Made by a program: the position numbers and the translations under genes | In this document: positions 11,236-20,536 of the stretch, piece after piece | How positions within the stretch are numbered: the stretch's first letter is position 1 | How the letters are laid out: every line of letters begins with the position of its first letter | NCBI GenBank assembly: GCA_963666735.1 | Contig: OY762926.1 | Coordinates: forward strand, 1,280,001-1,344,000 | Direction: 5' to 3' | DNA length: 64,000 nucleotides | Source: Gemmatimonadota bacterium | Lineage (GTDB): Bacteria > Gemmatimonadota > Gemmatimonadetes > Palauibacterales > Palauibacteraceae | The notes under the pieces: generated by a model | What the model saw: the letters and a program-made list of their open reading frames with translations, nothing else | The model's database searches: none | Told to the model about the DNA's origin: nothing

Positions 11236-14200
11236 TCAAAAGCGCCCGAGGCCCGACCCGCCGGAACCGAAACCGCGCTGGCCATCCTGCGTCTGCTGGT
11301 CGTAGTCGAACTTGAGATCGGGGGCGTCCTGGAGGCTGACGCTCATCTGGAAGATGAAGTTCCCGTTCGGTGAGCGGGCGAACATGAAGGTCGCGATCCA
11401 CCGGTGCAGGGCGCGGTCGAGCGTGATGAGGTGCTCCCCGAACTGCTTGTTCGTGAGGTTGTACGTCGTCCGCCACGCGAGACGCCAACTCGGCGTCGGA
11501 TTGAGTGAGAGGACCGCGTTGAGCGACTGCCGGTCCTGTGAACTCTGCTCCTCCCGGCCGCGCTGAAGCGAATAGGTCAGCGCCAGCGTCCACGGGCCGC
11601 CGGCCCGCAGGCCGGGGTCCGCCGGATCCGGATTCTCGTCGAAACTCTGCAGCCGGTATCGGGAATCGGCCGCATTCCGCAGGCGGCTCTGGGCCGCGGC
11701 TCCACCCCCTCCGCCCCCGCCGCCCAGTCCGAGCAGCCCGCCGAGACCGCTGGCCGAGCTGAACGTGAAGCTGCCCGTCAGGCTCGACAGGATGGGGGCG
11801 AACATCCGATCCTGCCCGGTGCCTTCGAACAGGTCGAGAGACATGTTCAGTGACAATCCCCTCAGCAGGTCCGAGTTGACGCGGTGCGACCAGCGGTCCG
11901 TCGTCAGCGGCGACTCATCCTCGCGGGACCAGTCGAAGGTGAGAGGGCTCGAGTTGATGCCCAGGAGGACGACGTTCCGGCGCGGTTGGGCGCGGCGCGG
12001 CGCATCGGGATCCTCCGGGTCCGCTCCGGCGCGGGCCGCCGCCTCCCGCGCGGCGTCGGCCACCCCACCGGCCGCTTCGGCGGGACCTGCTTCGGCCGCT
12101 TCGGTCTCCGGCGCCTGAACCCCGGCCGAATCTCCGGCCGCGGCGAGGGAATCCGCCTCGAACGCGGCCGCGCCAGGCTCCTGGCCGGTCGAATCGGCTT
12201 CGAGCGAGCGGCCCTCCAGGAGCGCTTCCGCTTCGGCGTCGAGTTCGACTTCTTCGCGCAGCTTGGCTTCGAAGGTCTGGTTCAGCGTGATGCGAAGCCG
12301 ATTCTCCTCCTTGGCATTCGACACCGGGAACCCGGGGATCGACAGCAGCGAATCGGAGGCTTCCACGGCCGGCGAATAGTCGTAGTGAAAGCGTGGCGAG
12401 ACCTTGTGGCGGATCCGCTCGAACGGCCCGGCGCCGGGGAGAAACCCGTAGACATCGGTGGACACCGCGGCTCCGAAGCGGAGACGCGCCGGAGCGGTGA
12501 TGAACTCTCCGTTCGTGTCATCCGACTGGAACCGGCTCGCGTCCACGCTCAGCGTGGGACGAAGCGTCGTGCTCCCGATGAGGTCGATCTGGTAGTCCGC
12601 CTGTGCTCCGTAGTCCAGTTTCGAAACGCTCCCGGACGCCGCGGATGCGGTGGTGTCGGCGCCGGGCAGCGGCTGGAACGGAAGTACCGTGTTCCGGTTG
12701 AAATTCGTCCTTCCGCTGACCCCGAAGGAGCCGATGCGGATGGCGCTGTTCGCGGACGCAACTTCGGTTCTCTTGCCGTCGTCCTCCTCCTGGGTCCGGT
12801 CCAGACGCGAAGCGGAGAAACCGCCGTTGACGACGATATTGTTGAACGGCCCGCTGCGGTTGCGCGGCGCGCGGAAGAGGGTCAGGGGGGAGAAGGTCAT
12901 CTGAAGCTTGGGCAGCGTGAGGTCCGTCCGCCCCTTCTGCGCCCCCAGATCCTGGCGCCGGCTTCCGCTCAGGTTGACGGACGCGAAGGGGAACCGGTGC
13001 TGGACGCCGACATCCGACGCGATGCGCTGCGTCTGAATCGTCGGGTCGAAGGTCTGGCGCTCGAAGACGGTGGTGTTCGAGATGAAGTTGGCGTTGACGC
13101 GGATATCCGTGACGGGGGTCAACTCGTGGCGGTGCCGCATCTGGAACTGCAGCGTCTTCTCGTTCCCGAAGCTGTAGCTCGCGATGACATTCCCGCGGAA
13201 GAACTTCTTGATCGAGCGGTATCGGACCGCCCCGTTGAGGCGCGTGAACCGTCCGCTGAACCAGTCGGCCGTCGCCTGAGCATCCATGAAATCGTTCAAC
13301 GCAAAGTAATACCCGAAGTCGGTGATGCTCCGGCGGGCGTTGGTGGAGGATGCGACGACATCGTTGAACCCGAAGCGCGGGGGCAGAAAGCCGCTCCTGC
13401 GTTCCTCGCGAATGTCCTGCGCGAAGAACGGGAGCCAGGCGACCGGCACATTCTGGATGTAGAGGGTCACGGGCCAGGCCACGACGATGTCGTCCGACAC
13501 GACCTTGATCTGCCCGGCGCGGAAGTAGTAGTGCGGTTCGTCGGCTTCGCACGAGGTGAAGTTCCCGGTCTCGACGAAGGCGGTGCCGGAGCCGCGCATG
13601 GTCATGAGGCCCCGGATGAACCAGTCGGCCCCCTGCTGGGCGAACGAGGTTCGGGCATCCGCGACGGTGCCCTTGGTGGCGGAAACGTCGTAGTTCAGAC
13701 ACTCGTCGGAGATGACGTTCTCCCCTTCCCCGGTGAGCGAGATGTTGCCGCAGCCCCGCACGAACTGCACACCCGCCTCGTAGGTGATCGTGTCCGCATC
13801 GATGGTGGACTGCTCGTACATCACCTGTGCCTCGCGCGTGAGCTGCACACGCTGCCGGTCGACGTCCAGATCGACCTCGCGCCCCTGGTATCGGACAGCC
13901 TGATAGCCCGGTTCTCCGAGGAGCTGTCCGAAGATGTCGTCCTGTTGCGGGAAGGGCGGGTCCGTCGAACCGGCATCCAGGGTGTCCGCGGCGGCCGCGT
14001 CCGCGGGCGCGCCTGCGGCCGCGCTCGAGTCGCCGACCGCTACCGAGTCGTCAACAGCGGCGGAATCCCCGACGGCCGCGGAGTCGCCGGCCGCGGCGGA
14101 GTCCGCCACGGGGATGTCCAGCGTGTCCCGCGCGGTGGAATCCCGCGGCAGGGTATCCCGCCCCGCGACCACGACCGTGTCGGTGTCCGCCCGAGCGGCA

Positions 14201-14301
14201 AACTGGAGCGGGCGGGCGCCCGCGGGCGCGGCGCGCGCCGTTTCGGTTGCGCCGAGACCGCCGAGCAGAACCGCCAGCGCCAGGAGCGTGCGCAGCCTCA
14301 G
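11236..14301 (-). CDS. LptD-like LPS assembly outer-membrane protein
   Basis: Signal-like LRLRTLLALAVLLGG upstream of the ORF-track start, FTSCEADEPHYYF, RRSGFLPPRFG, beta-barrel-like C-terminus; probable CTG start overlapping the tatC stop. Confidence 0.8.
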   Translation of the reverse strand: MRLRTLLALAVLLGGLGATETARAAPAGARPLQFAARADTDTVVVAGRDTLPRDSTARDTLDIPVADSAAAGDSAAVGDSAAVDDSVAVGDSSAAAGAPADAAAADTLDAGSTDPPFPQQDDIFGQLLGEPGYQAVRYQGREVDLDVDRQRVQLTREAQVMYEQSTIDADTITYEAGVQFVRGCGNISLTGEGENVISDECLNYDVSATKGTVADARTSFAQQGADWFIRGLMTMRGSGTAFVETGNFTSCEADEPHYYFRAGQIKVVSDDIVVAWPVTLYIQNVPVAWLPFFAQDIREERRSGFLPPRFGFNDVVASSTNARRSITDFGYYFALNDFMDAQATADWFSGRFTRLNGAVRYRSIKKFFRGNVIASYSFGNEKTLQFQMRHRHELTPVTDIRVNANFISNTTVFERQTFDPTIQTQRIASDVGVQHRFPFASVNLSGSRRQDLGAQKGRTDLTLPKLQMTFSPLTLFRAPRNRSGPFNNIVVNGGFSASRLDRTQEEDDGKRTEVASANSAIRIGSFGVSGRTNFNRNTVLPFQPLPGADTTASAASGSVSKLDYGAQADYQIDLIGSTTLRPTLSVDASRFQSDDTNGEFITAPARLRFGAAVSTDVYGFLPGAGPFERIRHKVSPRFHYDYSPAVEASDSLLSIPGFPVSNAKEENRLRITLNQTFEAKLREEVELDAEAEALLEGRSLEADSTGQEPGAAAFEADSLAAAGDSAGVQAPETEAAEAGPAEAAGGVADAAREAAARAGADPEDPDAPRRAQPRRNVVLLGINSSPLTFDWSREDESPLTTDRWSHRVNSDLLRGLSLNMSLDLFEGTGQDRMFAPILSSLTGSFTFSSASGLGGLLGLGGGGGGGGAAAQSRLRNAADSRYRLQSFDENPDPADPGLRAGGPWTLALTYSLQRGREEQSSQDRQSLNAVLSLNPTPSWRLAWRTTYNLTNKQFGEHLITLDRALHRWIATFMFARSPNGNFIFQMSVSLQDAPDLKFDYDQQTQDGQRGFGSGGSGLGRF

Positions 14302-15095
14302 CCGGAACTTCCTTCCCCGGAGGTCCGCTCCGCCTCCCGCTCCTGCCGGCGCCGCCGGAGCACGCGGGTCATGACCACCGATATCTCGTAGAGCAGCATC
14401 ATCGGGACCATCATCGCGAGCATCGTGTAGGGGTCGGCCGGCGTGAGGAACGCCGAGACCACCGCCATCACGACGATCGCGTGCCGCCGGTACTTCGCGA
14501 GCCCCTCCGGCGTCACGATCCCGAGCAGCGAGAGAAAAACGAGAACGACCGGAAGCTCGAAGATGATCCCGAACGCCAGCATCAATCTGAGGGCGAAGGT
14601 CAGATACTCGTTGACCATGATGAGGGGAATGAGTTGATCATCGAAGAAGGTCAGGAGAATCCTGAGCCCGAGCGGGAGCACCAGGAAGTACGCCATCATG
14701 ATCCCGGCGACGAATAGGAGCGTTCCGGCAGCGATCGCGGGGATCGCGAACTTGCGCTCGTTCTCGTAGAGGGCCGGGGCGAGAAAGGCCCACGCCTGCC
14801 AGGCGAGATAGGGAAAGACGGCGACGAGGGCCACGATGAAGCTGAGTTTGAGAATAATGATGACGGGAGTCGTCGGGTTCGAGAAATTCAAGCTCCCGCC
14901 CGGGAGGAACTCGATGATCGGCCGTTGGACGATGCTCAGCACGTCCCACTGCGTGACGGCCACGAGCCCGACGACCATGCCGACAAGAAGCGCGAGGAGC
15001 GCTCGGATCAGGCGAGTGCGAAGCTCATCCAGGTGATCCAGGAAGGGCATCTCCGCCTGATCGGTCGCACCCGGGGTCTGTGGCCGCAGCCTCAT
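14298..15095 (-). CDS. tatC: Twin-arginine translocase TatC
   Basis: EMPFLDHLDELRTRLI, FLAPALYENE, FELPV, LTPADP. Confidence 0.96.
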   Translation of the reverse strand: MRLRPQTPGATDQAEMPFLDHLDELRTRLIRALLALLVGMVVGLVAVTQWDVLSIVQRPIIEFLPGGSLNFSNPTTPVIIILKLSFIVALVAVFPYLAWQAWAFLAPALYENERKFAIPAIAAGTLLFVAGIMMAYFLVLPLGLRILLTFFDDQLIPLIMVNEYLTFALRLMLAFGIIFELPVVLVFLSLLGIVTPEGLAKYRRHAIVVMAVVSAFLTPADPYTMLAMMVPMMLLYEISVVMTRVLRRRRQEREAERTSGEGSSG

Positions 15096-15604
15096 CCGCT
15101 CTGGTCGCCTCCTGCTGAGAACAGATCGACCTGCCCCGCCGCACTGTGCCCGGCGCGTCGCAGCAGTTGTCGCACTTCCTCCATGAACTCCGTGGTGTCC
15201 TGGAAGTTCCGGTACACGCTGGCGAAACGCACGTACGCAACCTGGTCCATGGCGCGGAGCCGCTCCATCACGAGTTCTCCCAGCCTGAGGCTGGCCACAT
15301 CCCGCTGGTCCGCGGCCGCCAACTGTTCCTCGACTTCGTCAACGAGAGACTCTATATCGCGGTTCGATACGGGTCGCTTCGCGCAGGCCACGCGGATGGA
15401 GGCGAGGAGCTTCCCGCGATCGTAGGTCTCCGAGCCGCCATCCTTCTTCATGACGAGCAGGGGCTCCTCCTCGACCTGCTCGTACGTCGTGAAGCGTTCG
15501 CCGCAGGAGAGGCACTCGCGCCGGCGGCGGGTGGCCCGGCCGCCGCGACTCGTGCGGGAGTCGACGACCCGCGCCTCCAGGTGGTTGCAGCGGGGGCACT
15601 GCAC
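15092..15604 (-). CDS. nrdR: Transcriptional repressor NrdR
   Basis: Zn ribbon CPRC...VVDSR...RRRRECLSCGERFTTYE, ATP cone, DQVAYVRFASVYRNF. Confidence 0.97.
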   Translation of the reverse strand: MQCPRCNHLEARVVDSRTSRGGRATRRRRECLSCGERFTTYEQVEEEPLLVMKKDGGSETYDRGKLLASIRVACAKRPVSNRDIESLVDEVEEQLAAADQRDVASLRLGELVMERLRAMDQVAYVRFASVYRNFQDTTEFMEEVRQLLRRAGHSAAGQVDLFSAGGDQSG

Positions 15605-15646
15605 GCTAGCCTGCGGTCACCGGACGACGAGTGTCATGTCGCAGAG

Positions 15647-16447
15647 CTAGCCGCCCAGCTTCTCGCGTTCCCGGCGGGCCTCAGGCGCCTCGGGGCTGTT
15701 CGGATAGCCGCTCTCGATCTGGGCGAACAACCGCCTCGCCACCGCCGTGTTGCCCCGTCCCGCCTCGATCATCGCTCTGCGAAAGAGCGCCGCGGGCGCC
15801 CGGCTCGAATCCGGATAGAGTTCGGTCAGCCGGCGGAACTCCTCGAGCGCACTGCCGGGATCGTCCGCGTCCTCATAGGTCCGCGCCACCCAGTACTGGG
15901 CGTCGGGCGCGAACTCGTTGCCGCCGTAGACGGCGAGAAAATTGCGGAAGGCGTCGCGCGCGGTCTCCAGGTTGCCGCGCTGGTACATATCGAGCGCCAG
16001 CTCATAGAACTGGGACGCCTCTTCGGACCCGGACGCGGCGGCGGGGCCGGGGTTCGCTTCGGCGACCGTCCGGCCCCCGGCGGGCGGGCCGTCCCCGGCC
16101 GGTTCGGGGAAGCCCATCGGCGACGGGGCGCCCAGTCGGCGCTGAGTCTCGTAGATGTCGTTGAGCAACTGGTTGTTCTGGGCGGACATCTCGATGAGCT
16201 GCTCGAAGAGATCCTCGATCCGCCGGATCAGGCGTTCGACTTCTCCCCGACCCGTGGTCTCCCGGCGCTCGCTCGAACTCTCGATCGATTCCAGGTCCGC
16301 CTGAACCGCATCGGCCAGCCGGCGCTGACCCTCGGCGAGACCCGCGATCTCGCCCCGCAGGGCGTCCCCCATCGTCTCGACATCGCCCCTGGACGCGCAG
16401 GCGGCGGCCGCGACGCTCAACAGCACGGCGACCGCCGCCTTCCGCAT
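15647..16447 (-). CDS. cpoB: Tol-Pal system protein YbgF/CpoB
   Basis: Lipoprotein signal (AAAAC), coiled coil, C-terminal TPRs (APDAQYWVA, YPNSPEA); directly downstream of pal. Confidence 0.85.
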   Translation of the reverse strand: MRKAAVAVLLSVAAAACASRGDVETMGDALRGEIAGLAEGQRRLADAVQADLESIESSSERRETTGRGEVERLIRRIEDLFEQLIEMSAQNNQLLNDIYETQRRLGAPSPMGFPEPAGDGPPAGGRTVAEANPGPAAASGSEEASQFYELALDMYQRGNLETARDAFRNFLAVYGGNEFAPDAQYWVARTYEDADDPGSALEEFRRLTELYPDSSRAPAALFRRAMIEAGRGNTAVARRLFAQIESGYPNSPEAPEARREREKLGG

Positions 16448-17092
16448 CTAGATATCTCCGTCCGTGATGACGAACTCACCGCGACGATTCTGCCGCCAGG
16501 CCGACTCGTTGCTGCCCCGGGCCAGCGGCATCTCCTCCCCGAACGTCACGACATCGAAACGGCCGGCGTCCAGCCCGAGGCTGGAGAGATAGTCGACCGC
16601 GGCCTGGGCTCTCTCCAGACCGAGCGCCTGGTTGTACTCCAGGGAGCCCCTCTCGTCGCAATGACCCTCGACCCGGAGCCGGATGCCGGGCCGATCCCGC
16701 AGCGCGTCCGCCTTGCTCTGCAGGATCGTGGCGGAAGCGTCGGTGATCTCGGATTCGTTGTAGTCGAAGTGAATCCGGGCCACGATGGCCTCGCCGTCCA
16801 TCGCGCGCTCGATGTCCGCGGGCGCGGACTCCGCGCACGTCGTGCCGGGATAGTCGCTTACGGCCTGCTCGAGCAATCGGCGCGCGGTGGCGAAATCTCC
16901 CTCCTCCATGGCCGCCATCGCCTGATCGCAAAGCCGGGACGCGGCCGCCTCGCGCTGCGCGCTGTCATCCACGACCGGGGGCGGAGGGGGCGGAGGGGGC
17001 GGGGGCACCGGTTCCGGTTCCGGGTTGCCGCTACACGCAGTCGCCAGAAGTGCAACGAGAAGCATGGGAGCGAATCGGTGGCTCAGCCGCAT
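16448..17092 (-). CDS. pal: Peptidoglycan-associated lipoprotein (OmpA domain)
   Basis: Lipobox LATAC, IHFDYNES, EGHCDERGSLEYNQALG, WRQNRRGEF. Confidence 0.93.
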   Translation of the reverse strand: MRLSHRFAPMLLVALLATACSGNPEPEPVPPPPPPPPPPVVDDSAQREAAASRLCDQAMAAMEEGDFATARRLLEQAVSDYPGTTCAESAPADIERAMDGEAIVARIHFDYNESEITDASATILQSKADALRDRPGIRLRVEGHCDERGSLEYNQALGLERAQAAVDYLSSLGLDAGRFDVVTFGEEMPLARGSNESAWRQNRRGEFVITDGDI

Positions 17093-17242
17093 CGAGGTCT
17101 CCTTGTTTACCAGTCGCGGGACGAGAATTCGGCGAGGACAGGGCGAACGCCGGCGCTCAATACGCTGGCCCGATCCCGGTTTCAACACGGATTCGTAACC
17201 TATCAAAGACCCGTCAAGCCGCAACCCGCCGGATGACCCCGG

Positions 17243-18610
17243 TCATCGGCCCGGCGGGATGGGGGGCGACCAGTCCGGGAGACCATCGAGCCGTCCCGCG
17301 GTCAGGGGCCGGGATCTCCCCGTAAAAGCATCGAGGATCCAGACCGTCGAGCCCTGTGAGTCGAGCGACGAAAAGACGAGATGACGGCCATCGGGTGCCC
17401 AACTGGGATCCTCGCTCTCGCCGCGCCGCGTCAGCATGCGCCGGTCGGTGCCGTCGGGGTTCACCGTGAAGATCTGCCAGCGGCGGTCGCTCAGGGCGGA
17501 ATAGGCGATGCGGTCGCCGTTGGGCGACCAGTCCGGGCCGGCCGCGTTGGTGTCCTCCCGCGGGTGGTAGATGCTGATGCGGCGGGCCGGGCCTCCCGCG
17601 ACGCGACGAACGTAAACCTGCTGTTCATTGGCCGGATCGGCCTCGTACGCGAACGACTCCCCATCCGGCGAAAAGCTGGGGTTCAGCGACTGGATCCGTC
17701 CCTCGGTCAGCGGCGGGTCGCCCTCGACCACGATGCGCGTCGTCCCGCCGATGCCTTCCGCGTACGCCAGCCGCCCGTCCGGTGTCCAGGTCGGCGTCTG
17801 GATGAGTCTCCCGGACGCGACCGTTCGGCGGCTGCCCGTGATGAGATTCATCTCCACGAGCGAAAAGTGCCCCGTCTCATGCTGGATCGCGTACGCGATG
17901 CGGCTGGCGTCCGGCGAGAAGGCGGGCGAAAAGACGTTGCGCCCTCCGGTCTCGATCCGCTGCGGGTTCCGGCCATCGCTGTCGATGAGCACCAGGTAGG
18001 ACGACCCGTCGCCGTCCCTCCGGCGCAGGGCGATCCGGGTCGCCGCGATGCCGCGCTGGCCTCCCGTCGCCCAGAAGACGATCCGGTCGGAGACCCGGTG
18101 GACCGACATTCGGAAATCGGCCGCATCCATGGAGGGCAGGCTGAACGCCTGGACGTTCTCCAGGTTCCCGTACACGACATCGTGCAGGCTGACCCTCAGG
18201 AGCGGCGTCTGCGTCCCCGGTGCGACGGAGATGTCCGAGGTCACGAACCACACCGCCCCGGCCTGGTTCCAGAGCGCGTAGTTCGGGGGGCCGCTCAAGG
18301 TGAGCGTGTCGGGCACCGCGAGGATGTCGAACCGGTCGGAATACTCGAGGTCCGTGCGAAGAATCTCGCCCACGGCCGCGCCCAGTTCCTCGAATCCGGC
18401 GCTCGTGGAGACGGGCGCGACGACCATGCCCGGCACGTAGCCGGCCTCGTAGGTGAGGCCCAGGCGGAGCGCCCCACCCTCCTGGCCTGCCAGCGGCAGC
18501 GGCGACCCGGCCGGCACCAGCCCCGCAGCAACCAGCACGAGCGCCGCGGCGGCGCCCCGGAGTCCCCGCGCGGCGGCACGGCGTCGACGAAGGATCCTCG
18601 ATTCGTCCAT
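17243..18610 (-). CDS. tolB: TolB-like beta-propeller protein
   Basis: PD40 repeats (PAFSPD, PSFSPDG, PDWSPNG, PSWAPDG); tol-pal context. Confidence 0.9.
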   Translation of the reverse strand: MDESRILRRRRAAARGLRGAAAALVLVAAGLVPAGSPLPLAGQEGGALRLGLTYEAGYVPGMVVAPVSTSAGFEELGAAVGEILRTDLEYSDRFDILAVPDTLTLSGPPNYALWNQAGAVWFVTSDISVAPGTQTPLLRVSLHDVVYGNLENVQAFSLPSMDAADFRMSVHRVSDRIVFWATGGQRGIAATRIALRRRDGDGSSYLVLIDSDGRNPQRIETGGRNVFSPAFSPDASRIAYAIQHETGHFSLVEMNLITGSRRTVASGRLIQTPTWTPDGRLAYAEGIGGTTRIVVEGDPPLTEGRIQSLNPSFSPDGESFAYEADPANEQQVYVRRVAGGPARRISIYHPREDTNAAGPDWSPNGDRIAYSALSDRRWQIFTVNPDGTDRRMLTRRGESEDPSWAPDGRHLVFSSLDSQGSTVWILDAFTGRSRPLTAGRLDGLPDWSPPIPPGR

Positions 18611-19330
18611 TCAGCGAGTGCTCGGATCGAAGAAGAACGAGACGGCGAGCGCGTCGGCCGGGAAGCCGTCGGGAAGCGGACCGAAGGCCCGGTCGCGGCC
18701 CGCCGATTCCACGGCTCCCATCGCCTGCGTATCGAAGACCGGGCTCCCGGATTTCGCCACCCACTCGAAACCCGTCACCCGCCCGTCCCGGTGGATGATG
18801 AAGTAGACCTCGGCCCGAAGCTCGCGCGCCCCGGCGGGGGGCCGCCAGCGGCGCTGGATCTGGCGGATGATGTTTTCGCCGTATTCGGGCCAGGCGGAGG
18901 CCTCGCCGGCGATCCGGATGTTGAGCACTTCCTCGCCGACTTCCTCGGCGCGCGCGGGTTCCGGCTCCGCCTCGCGTTCGATCTGAACTTCGGCCTCCAC
19001 CGTGGGCGTCTCCACCTGCGGCGCCGGATCGGGCGTCGGTTCGGGGGGAGGCGGCCGGTTCTCCTCTTCCGCGACCTCGGGCGGCGAGGGATCGACGCGG
19101 ATCGGCGCATCCTCCGGAGCCAACGCGACCATGTTCACCCGCACGGTCCTGGGCATTTCGGGCGGGCGTATCACCACGTCGCCGAACAGGGCGAGAGCGA
19201 GGATGCCTCCGTGGACGCAGAGCGAACCGTACACCGCGCGCCTGGGCGGGCGCCCGTGACGCTGCGGCCCTCCGCGCCGCCATGCGCGCCCGCGCCCGCG
19301 CCCGGCTTCCGCTCCTCCGCGCAGGCTCAT
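18611..19330 (-). CDS. TolA/TonB-family energy transducer
   Basis: TM helix with S-x3-H motif (SLCVHGG), Pro-rich linker, TonB_C-like domain (IQRRWRPP, SGSPVFD..AMGAV). Confidence 0.85.
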   Translation of the reverse strand: MSLRGGAEAGRGRGRAWRRGGPQRHGRPPRRAVYGSLCVHGGILALALFGDVVIRPPEMPRTVRVNMVALAPEDAPIRVDPSPPEVAEEENRPPPPEPTPDPAPQVETPTVEAEVQIEREAEPEPARAEEVGEEVLNIRIAGEASAWPEYGENIIRQIQRRWRPPAGARELRAEVYFIIHRDGRVTGFEWVAKSGSPVFDTQAMGAVESAGRDRAFGPLPDGFPADALAVSFFFDPSTR

Positions 19331-19752
19331 GGACTGCGCCGGCTCGGGTCCGGGTCGGTGACGATGTTCAGCACGGCGCCGGCATCTTGAATCCGACCCA
19401 TCACCCGGGTCGCCTGCCTGAGGGCGAGATCGCCATCCGCCCTCAGAAACACCTGGTCGGACTCGAAGCGGTCGAGCGCCAGGGGGAGCGCGGCATCGAA
19501 CTCCTCCCACGTCACCGGCGCGTCATCCACGTAGATCTGCCCGTCCGCGTCGATCGAGACCACGAGCGCATCGGCGGCGCTGAGCGGCGCCGAGACGCCC
19601 TCCGGCAGGTCGACTTCGATGCCGCCCTGGAGAATGGGCGCCGTGATCATGAAGATGATGAGGAGGGTGAACGCGACGTCGACGAGGCTGGTGACGTTGA
19701 TCTCCGCGACGACGCCGATCCCGTCGGCCTGCTGTGTGAAGCGCCTCTTCAT
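19327..19752 (-). CDS. tolR: TolR/ExbD biopolymer transporter
   Basis: EINVTSLVDVAFTLLIIFMITAP, FLRADG. Confidence 0.9.
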   Translation of the reverse strand: MKRRFTQQADGIGVVAEINVTSLVDVAFTLLIIFMITAPILQGGIEVDLPEGVSAPLSAADALVVSIDADGQIYVDDAPVTWEEFDAALPLALDRFESDQVFLRADGDLALRQATRVMGRIQDAGAVLNIVTDPDPSRRSP

Positions 19753-19789
19753 CCCGCGTTCCTCATCCTCCGGCCTTCGGGGCGCCGGC

Positions 19790-20536
19790 TCACAGGCGAC
19801 CCTCGCGCGCCAGCGTCCCCACGAACTCGCTCGCGAACCCTTCCAGTTCTCCCACGAAGAGACGCAGGCGGGAAGCATAGTGGTTGTACGCGATGACCGC
19901 GGGGATCGCGACGGCCAGCCCCGCGACCGTGGTCGTGAGCGCCTCCGCGATGCCCGGCGCGACCGCCGCGATGTTGGCGGAACCCTGCGATGTGATCCCG
20001 ATGAACGAGTTCATCACGCCGACGACGGTCCCCATGAGGCCGAGGAGGGGACTCACGGAGCCGATGATCGCGAGCCAGGGCAGCCCGTGCGCGAGTTCAT
20101 CCTTCTCCTCCGAGAGGCTCTTCTCGAGCACCAGCCACAGCGCTTCGAGCTGCGTGGGGCTCAACCCGTCGCCCACGTGCGTGGTATCGAGCGCGCCCGG
20201 ACGCAGTTCGGAGAAGAAGGCGATCCCCTCGCGGAACACCCGTCTGAAGGCGGAATCGTCCAGTTCCGCCAGCGCGTCGTTGAGGTCCACGAGGCCGTTG
20301 GCCCCCGCCATCGCGAACACGAAGTCGTCCGCCCGCGCGTTCACGGCGCGCAACTCGCGGAACTTCCAGATGATGAGAACCCAGGACACGAGCGAGAAGG
20401 CGGCGAGCACGGTGAGGATGATCTTCGTGGGCAGGGTCGCGCCCAGGATCATGTCGAGGGGGGAATCGATCACGCGTGCAGAAAGATCCTGCACGATCTC
20501 CAGCCCCCCTCCGGCCCCGGTCCCGATCCCCGCCAT
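19790..20536 (-). CDS. tolQ: TolQ/ExbB/MotA proton channel
   Basis: PLLGLMGTVVGVM..F, VAPGIAEALTTTVAGLAVAIPA..AYN; ATG overlaps the hemA stop (TGATG). Confidence 0.92.
   Translation of the reverse strand: MAGIGTGAGGGLEIVQDLSARVIDSPLDMILGATLPTKIILTVLAAFSLVSWVLIIWKFRELRAVNARADDFVFAMAGANGLVDLNDALAELDDSAFRRVFREGIAFFSELRPGALDTTHVGDGLSPTQLEALWLVLEKSLSEEKDELAHGLPWLAIIGSVSPLLGLMGTVVGVMNSFIGITSQGSANIAAVAPGIAEALTTTVAGLAVAIPAVIAYNHYASRLRLFVGELEGFASEFVGTLAREGRL

Noticed and set aside
13934..14172. Repeated GDSAA/DT motifs in the LptD-like N-terminus as a DNA repeat element
   Set aside because: Low-complexity protein linker within the CDS; the nucleotide copies are degenerate
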